Shown here one piece after another: positions 1 through 7,632 of a stretch of DNA of 11,307 nt (position 1 is the stretch's first letter; each line of letters starts with the position of its first letter). The notes beneath the pieces were generated by a model. That model had not been told where the DNA came from. It was given only the letters and a program-made list of their open reading frames with translations, and ran no database searches. A program made the position numbers and the translations under genes. This stretch comes from Candidatus Krumholzibacteriia bacterium (GTDB lineage: Bacteria; Krumholzibacteriota; Krumholzibacteriia; WVZY01), in the NCBI GenBank assembly GCA_036478295.1, contig JAZGDW010000005.1, forward strand, positions 1-11,307. The letters run 5' to 3'.

Positions 1-1413
1 GGTTTTCTGGGCGCCGAACTAATCCCCCAGTTCTCCCAGGGCGAATTCAGCTTCAACGTCCACTTGCCAGAGGGGAGTCCTCTGGAAAAAACCGACGCCA
101 AGCTTGCCGAGATGGAGGAAATCGTGGGGAACACGCCGGGGGTGGAGAGCTACTTCACGAGCGTCGGTGTGGCCAGCCGTCTTGGCACCAACGCCAAGAG
201 CAAGGACAAGAATATCGGCCAATTGAACATCGTGCTGAGCGAAAAGGGCGATCCGGCCCTTGAAGAGAGGGTCATACAATCCCTGAGAGCGCGATTCGCG
301 AGAATCGAGGGGATGGACTCCAAGTTCGCGCGTCCGGCCTATTTTTCGCTGCAGACGCCGGTCGAGGTCGAGATTTATGGTTACAACCTGGAGACCCTCC
401 GGCGGGTGGCGGAACAGTTCGAGAGGGAGTTGGCGCTGATTCCCGGCGTCAAAGACGTAAAAACTTCGATGGAAACGGGCAATCCGGAACTGAACGTGGT
501 CTTTGACCGCGAGCGACTGTCGTCGTTCGGGCTATCGTTGAACGATGTGGCGAACCAGCTGAAGACCAAGATCCAGGGCGAAGTGCCCACGCGGTTCAAG
601 GAGCGTGAGATTCAAGTCGACATCCGCGTACGAACGACGGCCTGGCAGGCGGAAAGCGTCGGTGAGCTGCGCTCGCTGGTCGTCGGCGAGCGGGAAGGTA
701 CGCCGATCTCCCTCGGTACCGTGGCGAACATCGACGTGGCGCGGGGCTTGAGCCAGATTACCCGCATTTCGCAACAGCGCGCCGCCGTGGTGTCGGGCAA
801 TCTCTCCGGGCGCGATCTGGCCTCGGTGTCGACGGATATCGAAGCACTTATCAGTCAAATGGCCCTGCCAACCGGTGTCACCGTCGAGCAAGGAGGTCAG
901 AACGAAGAACTGGCCCGCTCCTTTCGCAGCCTGGTGTTCGCGTTGCTGTTGGCGGTCTTTCTGGTGTACCTGGTCATGGCGGCGCAGTTCGAGTCTTTCA
1001 TCCATCCTTTCATCATTCTCTTTACCGTTCCTTTGGGGGCCATCGGCGTCATCTGGACACTGCTGGCCACGGGCCAGTCGCTCAACGTCGTTGTTTTCAT
1101 CGGAGCCATCATGCTGGCCGGGATCGTCGTAAACAATGGTATCGTCTTGATCGATTACATCAATAGATTGCGTCGCAGCGGTATGGAAAAGATGAAGGCG
1201 CTACGCGAAGCGGGCAAGGTTCGGCTGCGCCCGATCGTGATGACGACGCTGACCACGGTACTCGGCCTTCTGCCCATGGCGCTGGGTCTCGGCGAGGGAG
1301 CCGAGATTCGCGCCCCGATGGCGCTTACCGTCATCGGCGGTCTTCTCGGGGCGACGGTTCTGACGCTGCTCGTCATCCCCGCGTTGTATTCTCTGGTCGA
1401 TCGTGGCAAGTAA
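1..1413 (+). CDS. RND efflux transporter permease, AcrB/AcrD/AcrF family (C-terminal half; 5' end lies outside the window)
   Basis: Frame 1 is open from base 1 (GFLGAELIPQFSQGEFSFNVHLPEG...) to TAA at 1411-1413. RND C-terminal motifs: 'LVYLVMAAQFESFIHPFIILFTVPL', 'GIVVNNGIVLID', 'RLRPIVMTTLTTVLGLLPMALG', 'APMALTVIGGL'. Confidence 0.95.
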   Translation, partial: GFLGAELIPQFSQGEFSFNVHLPEGSPLEKTDAKLAEMEEIVGNTPGVESYFTSVGVASRLGTNAKSKDKNIGQLNIVLSEKGDPALEERVIQSLRARFARIEGMDSKFARPAYFSLQTPVEVEIYGYNLETLRRVAEQFERELALIPGVKDVKTSMETGNPELNVVFDRERLSSFGLSLNDVANQLKTKIQGEVPTRFKEREIQVDIRVRTTAWQAESVGELRSLVVGEREGTPISLGTVANIDVARGLSQITRISQQRAAVVSGNLSGRDLASVSTDIEALISQMALPTGVTVEQGGQNEELARSFRSLVFALLLAVFLVYLVMAAQFESFIHPFIILFTVPLGAIGVIWTLLATGQSLNVVVFIGAIMLAGIVVNNGIVLIDYINRLRRSGMEKMKALREAGKVRLRPIVMTTLTTVLGLLPMALGLGEGAEIRAPMALTVIGGLLGATVLTLLVIPALYSLVDRGK

Positions 1414-1437
1414 ACGAGGCCGGCGGAGGGAAAGCCC

Positions 1438-4400
1438 ATGAAGCTCTACGAGGCGGCGGTACACAAACCGGTCATAATAATCATCGGGCTCGTGACCCTG
1501 CTGGCCATCGGTTTCATCTCCCTCGACAAGCTCCCGATCGAGTTCCTGCCGCAGATGGACTTTCCGTTCATCGGCATCTTTGTCACCTATCCCAATGCCA
1601 TACCGTCGCAAGTGGAGAGGCAGATCGCAAAACCGCTCGAGGAGGTGTTTGCCACCCTCGGCGACGTGCGCGAGATATTTTCCGAATCGTCCTCGGACGG
1701 CGCGTTTGTCGGCGTGCTCTTCGATTGGGGTCGCGACGTCAACGTGCTGCGCATGGAGGTCAAAGAGAAGCTTGATCTCATTCGAGGTGACCTGCCCAGC
1801 GACGTCGAGCGGATTCAACTCTTCACGTTCAACTCCAACGACCAGCCCATCATGGTGGGGCGCATCTCCGCCAAGGGTCGGGACCTGATGGCAAGCTACG
1901 ACCTGCTGGAGAAAACTATTCTCAACCCCCTGAAGCGGATCGAGGGCGTGGGGCGCGTGGGCATAGACGGAGTAGAACCACAGGAGATTTCTATCTATCT
2001 CGAGTTGGACAAGATAAAAGCGCACAAAGTGGAAATCGATCAGCTCTTCCGGACAATCCAGACGATGAACGCGAACACGTCGCTGGGCGAGGTGACGAGC
2101 GCGGGGCTTCGCTATAACGTGCGCGGGCTGGGAAATTTCTCGTCGTTCGAGGACGTCGAGAATCTCATTATCACGGAGCAGGGACTGAGGCTCAAAGATG
2201 TCGCGACCATCTACTATGGCGAGCCGCTCATCAACTACGGCCGGCATCTCGACGGCGAGGCCTGTATCGCCTTTTGGATCCAGAAATCATCCGGCGCCAA
2301 CTCGGTCGAGGTCGCGGCCAAGGTCAACAAGCAACTCGAGAAGATCAACAGCGATCCCCGCATGGAGGGCATCAGTTTCTTTCTCTTCTGGAATCAGGCC
2401 GATCAGATTCTCAATAGCCTCCACGGCCTGCAGCAGGCGGGCATCATCGGGGCGTTGTTCGCAGTCTTCATACTGTACTTTTTCCTGAGGCGCCTCACAA
2501 CGACGCTGATCGTGGCCGTTTCGATCCCCTTCGCGCTCTTGTGCACCTGCGGTTTCCTTTTCTTTGCCGGCCAGTCGCTCAATATACTGACCATGATGGG
2601 GTTGATGCTTGGAGTTGGGATGCTGGTGGACAACGCCATCGTTGTGCTCGAGTCGATTTTTCGGCACCAGGCCCGCGGAGAAGAGAGCGTGCGCGCCTCC
2701 ATCATAGGTTCGCGGGAAGTGGCCACCGCCGTGGTCGCGGCCACTCTGACCTCGGTTATCGTGTTCGCGCCGATAATCATAACGCGCGATTCCTCAGGCA
2801 TCATGACCTACTTGTCCCAGGTAGGCATGACTATTTCCGTTGCGCTCCTTTTTTCGCTCCTGATCTCTCTGACCTTGATTCCGTTCCTTACGTCGAGGTT
2901 GCTAAAGCCCAAGAAGAAGCGGGAGTCCAGGTTGCTGTTGAACATCCAGGAGCGTTACGTGAGGGTGCTCAAGTGGACCACGGTCAAGCGGCCATTCCTC
3001 ACCGGTCTGGTGATCATTCCCTCGATTCTCATCGCCACCATCGCCGCCACGCAGGTTTTTAAACTCGACTTCAACATGGAAGAAGGCGAGTTGATCGAGA
3101 ATCTCTACATTGACTACGATTTTTCGGACAACCTGACTTACAAGCAGACGGAGAAGTATATCAATGCCGTGGAGAAGGTGCTTTTCGAGAAGAAGGAAGA
3201 ACTTCGTATCAAGCAGGTGTACAGTTTCTACGCCAACAACCGTGCGGGAACCACGATTTATTTCGACGACAAGTATTTGAGTGACAAGGCCCTGAAGAAG
3301 ATTCGCGAGGACCTGCGCGAAACGCTGCCGGAGTTGGCCGGCGTGACGCTGCGGTTTGGCGACGACCAGGGTGGGGGTGGCGGTGGCGTGCAGAAGATTC
3401 AGGTGTCAATCTTTGGTGAAGACATGACACTGCTCGATGAATACGCGCAGGAGGTCAAGCGGCGCCTGCTGCTGGTAGAGGGCCTGGAAGACGTGCGCAC
3501 AAGCATCGAGATGGGCAGTGAAGAAATAAAGATCGCGCTGAACAGGGACGTTGCGCAGCAATACGGTATTTCACCCCAGACGGTGAGCTCGATCATGAAC
3601 CTGACTTTCCGGGGTATGCCGCTGCGGCGCTTCCAGGCGGCGGACCGTGAAGTCGACATGGAGATTATTCTGTCGCCGAAGGACAGGGTTGGCCTCTACA
3701 ACTTGAAGAACCTCCTCGTCGGTATCACCGACGGGCGCGACATGACACTGGGCACGGTGGCCGACCTTTCGGTGAGCCGCGGCCCGACGACGATACGCCG
3801 CAATAACCAGAAGGCGGCGGTGTCGGTCCAAGCGTCGTACGACAGGGATGAGTACAAGGAAATGACCGGCGATGTCTCAATGTTGATGAACCAGATTCAA
3901 TTTCCACTGGGTTATTCGTGGTCCTTCGGCGATCGCTTTCAACGCGAGCAAGAACAGAAGCACGATATGCTGTTCAATGTTTTTCTCGCGCTTGCCTGCG
4001 TGTATCTGGTGATGGCGGCGCTGTTCGAGTCGCTTCTACACCCGCTGATAATCATGTTGTGTCTGCCATTTTCGGTCGTGGGGGTGGTGATCGCGCTGTT
4101 GATTACGGGGACCGCCGTCAACATGATGGCGATGATCGGCGTAGTGATACTCATCGGCATCGTCGTAAACAACGGGATTGTGCTCATCGATCACGTCAAC
4201 AATTTCAGGCGGGCGGGGGATAACATCTACGACGCAATAATGAAGGGTGGGAGCGAACGTTTCCGGCCCATCGTCATGACCGCGTGCACGACGATTCTTG
4301 GACTGCTCCCCATGGCCGTCGGCCAGACCAACATCGCGGGAACCCAATACTACCCGCTGGCCCGCGCCGTAATCGGCGGGCTGGCCATGGGAACCTTTCT

Positions 4401-4512
4401 GACGCTGGTGGCGTTACCCACCTACTACATCATCGGCGAGCGCTTTGCGCTGTGGGCCCGCAACGTGCGTGTGCGCGCCAGGCAGCCGCGAGAAAAGCTC
4501 TCGGGAGCCTAG
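1438..4512 (+). CDS. RND efflux transporter permease, AcrB/AcrD/AcrF family, 1024 aa (second, complete subunit)
   Basis: ATG at 1438 preceded by a GGAGGG Shine-Dalgarno. Typical RND length and architecture: N-terminal TM then 'LPIEFLP', TM4 'GMLVDNAIVVLESI', 'YLVMAALFES..HP', 'GIVVNNGIVLID', 'RFRPIVMT'. Confidence 0.95.
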   Translation: MKLYEAAVHKPVIIIIGLVTLLAIGFISLDKLPIEFLPQMDFPFIGIFVTYPNAIPSQVERQIAKPLEEVFATLGDVREIFSESSSDGAFVGVLFDWGRDVNVLRMEVKEKLDLIRGDLPSDVERIQLFTFNSNDQPIMVGRISAKGRDLMASYDLLEKTILNPLKRIEGVGRVGIDGVEPQEISIYLELDKIKAHKVEIDQLFRTIQTMNANTSLGEVTSAGLRYNVRGLGNFSSFEDVENLIITEQGLRLKDVATIYYGEPLINYGRHLDGEACIAFWIQKSSGANSVEVAAKVNKQLEKINSDPRMEGISFFLFWNQADQILNSLHGLQQAGIIGALFAVFILYFFLRRLTTTLIVAVSIPFALLCTCGFLFFAGQSLNILTMMGLMLGVGMLVDNAIVVLESIFRHQARGEESVRASIIGSREVATAVVAATLTSVIVFAPIIITRDSSGIMTYLSQVGMTISVALLFSLLISLTLIPFLTSRLLKPKKKRESRLLLNIQERYVRVLKWTTVKRPFLTGLVIIPSILIATIAATQVFKLDFNMEEGELIENLYIDYDFSDNLTYKQTEKYINAVEKVLFEKKEELRIKQVYSFYANNRAGTTIYFDDKYLSDKALKKIREDLRETLPELAGVTLRFGDDQGGGGGGVQKIQVSIFGEDMTLLDEYAQEVKRRLLLVEGLEDVRTSIEMGSEEIKIALNRDVAQQYGISPQTVSSIMNLTFRGMPLRRFQAADREVDMEIILSPKDRVGLYNLKNLLVGITDGRDMTLGTVADLSVSRGPTTIRRNNQKAAVSVQASYDRDEYKEMTGDVSMLMNQIQFPLGYSWSFGDRFQREQEQKHDMLFNVFLALACVYLVMAALFESLLHPLIIMLCLPFSVVGVVIALLITGTAVNMMAMIGVVILIGIVVNNGIVLIDHVNNFRRAGDNIYDAIMKGGSERFRPIVMTACTTILGLLPMAVGQTNIAGTQYYPLARAVIGGLAMGTFLTLVALPTYYIIGERFALWARNVRVRARQPREKLSGA

Positions 4513-4520
4513 CTCCGCGG

Positions 4521-4985
4521 TTATGGCATCGCGAAGATGTGCTTGGGATGCTTGACGGTCAGAACCGGGCACGGGGCCTTGCGCACAACTTTCTCCGCCG
4601 TACTTCCCATCAGAATATGAGCGATCGCACCACGGCCGTGGGTCGCCATGACGATAAGGTCCGCGTTCTCTTCCCTCGCGTACTTGAGTATCTCGACGAA
4701 CGGTTTGCCAAACCGAATCTCCGTGTCGGCAGGCAGATCCTGTGGAAGGCGCTCATCAACGAGCTGCTGCAGCTGTTTCTCCGCCGACAACTTGTGGGTC
4801 CGGTTCAGCTGCTCGAAATCCACCGACGTCCACGATACGTCCGCCGCCTGCAACAGTGGTTCGATGACGTAGATAATCTTCAACTCCGAGCCGAACCGTT
4901 CCGCTATTTCGACCGCGTAGTCGAGCGCCCTCAACGAGTGTTCGGAAAAATCCGTGGGGACGATGATTTCCTTGAAAACGACCAT
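4521..4985 (-). CDS. Universal stress protein (UspA family, single domain), 154 aa
   Basis: Start ATG at 4985 has a strong SD (AAGGAGGAGG), so the longer ORF to 5096 is not favoured. USP signatures: 'FKEIIVPTDFSEHSLRAL', 'ADLIVMATHGRG..HILMGSTAEKVVRKAPCPVLTV'. Confidence 0.95.
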   Translation of the reverse strand: MVVFKEIIVPTDFSEHSLRALDYAVEIAERFGSELKIIYVIEPLLQAADVSWTSVDFEQLNRTHKLSAEKQLQQLVDERLPQDLPADTEIRFGKPFVEILKYAREENADLIVMATHGRGAIAHILMGSTAEKVVRKAPCPVLTVKHPKHIFAMP

Positions 4986-5027
4986 ACCCTCCTCCTTGCC
5001 ATCGGTGCCCATGCGGCTCCCACCTGC

Positions 5028-5056
5028 ATTATACGCCCATCGAGGTTCGTTGGAAA
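5028..5056 (-). promoter_or_regulatory. Putative sigma70 promoter for the usp gene
   Basis: Minus strand reads TTTCCA (5056-5051), 17 nt, perfect TATAAT (5033-5028), about 40 nt upstream of the usp ATG. Confidence 0.6.
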
Positions 5057-5090
5057 CGGGCAAATCCCCACCTCGATCATGACAAATCAC

Positions 5091-5118
5091 TTGCAAAACG
5101 GGGGATATGCGCTATTTT
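5091..5118 (+). promoter_or_regulatory. Putative sigma70 promoter for trxA
   Basis: TTGCAA (5091-5096), 16 nt, TATTTT (5113-5118) in an AT-richer intergenic stretch about 55 nt before the trxA start. Confidence 0.4.
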
Positions 5119-5172
5119 TACTACCGTTGAAATAAGACCCCACCGTCGGGTGGCTATTGGAGGAGGCATGGC

Positions 5173-5502
5173 ATGAGCAAAGAGTTTGAGTTTACAGACG
5201 ACAATTTCGAGAACGACGTTATCAAATCCGACGTGCCGGTACTCGTGGATTTCTGGGCGCCCTGGTGTGGCCCCTGCAAACAGATTGCCCCCGTAATCGC
5301 GGAAATCGCGGGTGAGTACGACGGCAAGATCAAGGTCGGAAAGATGAACACCGACGAGAACAACAAGATCCCCGCGAAGTACGGGGTCATGAGTATCCCG
5401 ACCCTCATGATATTCAGCGGTGGAGAAGTCAGCGAGCGTATCGTCGGTGCCCAGTCCAAGCAGGCAATTACAGAGAAGATCAACACAGTTCTGGCCGGCT
5501 GA
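5173..5502 (+). CDS. trxA: Thioredoxin, 109 aa
   Basis: Canonical 'VLVDFWAPWCGPCK' active site, cis-Pro loop 'SIPTL', C-terminal 'IVGAQSK'. SD GGAGGAGG at 5159-5166. Confidence 0.97.
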   Translation: MSKEFEFTDDNFENDVIKSDVPVLVDFWAPWCGPCKQIAPVIAEIAGEYDGKIKVGKMNTDENNKIPAKYGVMSIPTLMIFSGGEVSERIVGAQSKQAITEKINTVLAG

Positions 5503-5548
5503 CCGATTGCGGTACTCGCGCCGCCGGCCATCCACAGCCTCACGAAGT

Positions 5549-5576
5549 AAAAACGCCCTTTTTCGGGCGTTTTTTT
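5549..5576 (+). terminator. Rho-independent terminator after trxA (possibly bidirectional)
   Basis: AAAAACGCCC-TTTTTC-GGGCGTTTTTTT: perfect inverted repeat with 3' T7 run and 5' A5 run. Confidence 0.85.
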
Positions 5577-5616
5577 GTCCCCATGAGACCCTTCTCCGGG
5601 CACGAGCGGGCGGTTC

Positions 5617-5632
5617 TGGTAAGGATTTTGCT
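5617..5632 (+). promoter_or_regulatory. Putative sigma54 (-24/-12) promoter upstream of the SBP gene
   Basis: TGGTAAG-GATT-TTGCT with exact GG-N10-GC spacing (GG 5618-5619, GC 5630-5631), versus consensus TGGCACG-N4-TTGCW. Lies just after the trxA terminator. Confidence 0.6.
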
Positions 5633-5769
5633 TGGTTTATTCCCGATCCGCCGTCTCAAACACGTTGTGGCCGGGCCTCTCAAGGGGGCGCGTCCACAAA
5701 GAGCGCCGCGCCCACAGGGGCGCCCGCCGGTCCAGGGTGACCGGGGGCAGCCAAGGGGGGAAGGGTCTG

Positions 5770-7494
5770 ATGAAAGTGTTCCTCAAGACGTTGCCGGAAG
5801 TCCGTTTGCGTTCGTGCGGCGCTCTACTGGCGCTCGGCTTCGCGTACCTCATCGCCGGGCTCGGCGGCTGCAGCTCGGATAACACCGCCGCCGGCACGCC
5901 GGGTGCCGGCAATCCAGCCTCCGGTGCCCAGAGCGCGGAACAACCGCGGTACGGCGGCCGGCTGGTTATCGGGGTGCAGCAGGAACCGGAGCGGCTAAGC
6001 GAGATCCTGAACGCCACCGTCACGAACAACCTCGTCTGCAATCTGATTTTCAGCAAGTTCGTCAAGTACGACGACGAGATGAGACTCATCCCCGATCTCA
6101 TTACGGAAATCCCTACTGTGGAAAACGGAGGCATCGCCGCGGATTTTCTCACGTACACCTACCACCTTCGACAGAACGCCCGCTGGCACGACGGCAAACC
6201 GGTTACCAGCGGGGACGTGAAATTTACTTACGAGATCATCATGGACCCCGGCGTCAGCGTGGAGTCGCGCGAGGGGTGGGACATCATAGATGCCGTGAAA
6301 ACGCCCGATACGCATACCGTGGTCTTTCATTTGAAACAACCCTACCCTGACTTTGTCGCTGAGACGTTCTACGATGAATCGGTGCTGCCGGCGCACATTC
6401 TCCGGGAACAGAAGGGTGAGAAGTTCCACATCTCGCCGTACCATCACCGCCCGGTGGGCTGCGGCCCGTTCAAGGTGGAGAAATGGGTGAAGGGTTCTCA
6501 TCTCGAATTGGTGCGCAACGAGCATTACTACGGTGAGGGTCCATACCTGGACGGGATCATATTCAAGTTCATCGCCAATGAGAACACCATGCTGGTGCAG
6601 CTCAAGACGGGCGAGATCGACCTTTTCGATAACATCAGCAGTGAGTTTATCGATCAGGCGGCGACCATTGCCAACGCGCGTGTGTTCTCGACACCGACGC
6701 TCATGTACGAACATCTCGATCTCAATATGGATAACGCGATTCTCCGGGACAAGCGGGTGCGGCAGGCGATCGCGTTCGCCACGGATAAGGACGTCGTGGC
6801 GGAGCAGGTGTACCGCGGTTTTGCCCAGGTCGCGCAGCTGGATGAGCATCCGTCTTCGAAATACTTCGATCCCGGAGCGGCGGCGGGTGCACGCTACGAC
6901 CCCGTGCAGGCGAGACGGCTCCTGCGGGATTCGGGCTGGATCGACACCGACGGTGACGGTATCCGTGAAAAAGACGGCCGTGACCTGGCGTTGACCATCT
7001 CGGCGACGACCGGCAACCCCAATCGTGAACGTACGCAGCTCGTACTACAGGAGCAGTTCCGCGCGGTGGGCATCGATCTCCGCATCAAGAATTTCAACGC
7101 GACCGTCCTCTACGGTTCCTACGAGGATGGGGGTATTCTCAAGCGCGGCAAGTTCGACATCGCCATGTACGCCTGGCTGTCGTCTCCCGAGCCCGCGACC
7201 AAAGAAGCCCTGTACGGTTCGCACAACATCCCACCGAACGGCCAGAACCATCCCCGCATCCGCCACGCGGAGTTGACACGTCTGCTCGAGGAGGGTGCCA
7301 GGGAGGTGGACGAGGCCGAGCGCATCCGGATCTATCGCAGGGTGGAGCAAATCCTCGTGGAGGAGGTGCCCGTCATACCCCTCTTCTGGTACACGGCGGT
7401 CGACGTGTGCACGCGCGATCTGAAGAACTACCGGCCGAATCCCACTCAATCCGCCGACACCTGGAACGCCAATACCTGGTACCTCGCGGACTAG
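5770..7494 (+). CDS. Peptide/nickel ABC transporter substrate-binding lipoprotein (SBP family 5, OppA/DppA/AppA-like), about 574 aa
   Basis: ATG 5770 after a purine-rich SD (AAGGGGGGAAGG). Signal peptide with lipobox 'GLGG^C'. Family-5 motifs 'YGGRL', 'YTYHLRQNARWHDGKPVTSGDVKFTY', 'PVGCGPFK', 'DKRVRQAI', 'VPVIPLF'. The upstream start at 5632 is not favoured. Confidence 0.93.
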   Translation: MKVFLKTLPEVRLRSCGALLALGFAYLIAGLGGCSSDNTAAGTPGAGNPASGAQSAEQPRYGGRLVIGVQQEPERLSEILNATVTNNLVCNLIFSKFVKYDDEMRLIPDLITEIPTVENGGIAADFLTYTYHLRQNARWHDGKPVTSGDVKFTYEIIMDPGVSVESREGWDIIDAVKTPDTHTVVFHLKQPYPDFVAETFYDESVLPAHILREQKGEKFHISPYHHRPVGCGPFKVEKWVKGSHLELVRNEHYYGEGPYLDGIIFKFIANENTMLVQLKTGEIDLFDNISSEFIDQAATIANARVFSTPTLMYEHLDLNMDNAILRDKRVRQAIAFATDKDVVAEQVYRGFAQVAQLDEHPSSKYFDPGAAAGARYDPVQARRLLRDSGWIDTDGDGIREKDGRDLALTISATTGNPNRERTQLVLQEQFRAVGIDLRIKNFNATVLYGSYEDGGILKRGKFDIAMYAWLSSPEPATKEALYGSHNIPPNGQNHPRIRHAELTRLLEEGAREVDEAERIRIYRRVEQILVEEVPVIPLFWYTAVDVCTRDLKNYRPNPTQSADTWNANTWYLAD

Positions 7495-7499
7495 GTACC

Positions 7500-7530
7500 G
7501 GCGGCCGGGATGCGAGCCCGCGGTGCCGCC
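7500..7530 (+). other. GC-rich stem-loop immediately after the SBP stop codon
   Basis: GGCGGC-CGGG / loop ATGCGAG / CCCG-(CGGT bulge)-GCCGCC, with no strong U-tract. Possible mRNA-stabilising or partial termination hairpin. Confidence 0.45.
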
Positions 7531-7545
7531 TGGCGCCCGCGTTTC

Positions 7546-7561
7546 TGGTATGAATCTCGCT
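7546..7561 (+). promoter_or_regulatory. Second putative sigma54 (-24/-12) promoter, upstream of the permease genes
   Basis: TGGTATG-AATC-TCGCT with GG-N10-GC spacing (GG 7547-7548, GC 7559-7560). 17/21 nt identical to the motif at 5614-5634. Confidence 0.5.
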
Positions 7562-7632
7562 TGTACCGGAGGTGGATCATTCCGACACGAACAAAGACTA
7601 TAACCAATTACTAAGCAAGGACTTGGTGTCTC

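Noticed and set aside
1201..2247. 348-aa antisense ORF, along with other long shadow ORFs (4284-5135, 5995-6849, 7045-7875, 8112-8954, 8539-9285, 10753-11280)
   Set aside because: They overlap well-supported genes, carry no recognisable motifs, and are expected from stop-codon scarcity in GC-rich coding DNA.
5051..5072. GGAAACGGGCAAATCC, superficially like a c-di-GMP-I riboswitch start
   Set aside because: The following GNRA-capped stem and the GACGCAAAGC segment with second stem are missing, and the region coincides with promoter elements.
4986..5096. N-terminal extension of the USP ORF (also the extensions 5632-5769 of the SBP and 9596-9667 of the thiolase)
   Set aside because: The extensions run through promoter or leader sequence; the downstream ATGs coincide with the family N-termini and, for usp and the SBP, have clear SD sequences.
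5140..5153. Small hairpin CCACC-GTCG-GGTGG in the trxA 5' UTR
   Set aside because: Only 5 bp and it does not sequester the SD, so there is no basis for a regulatory call.
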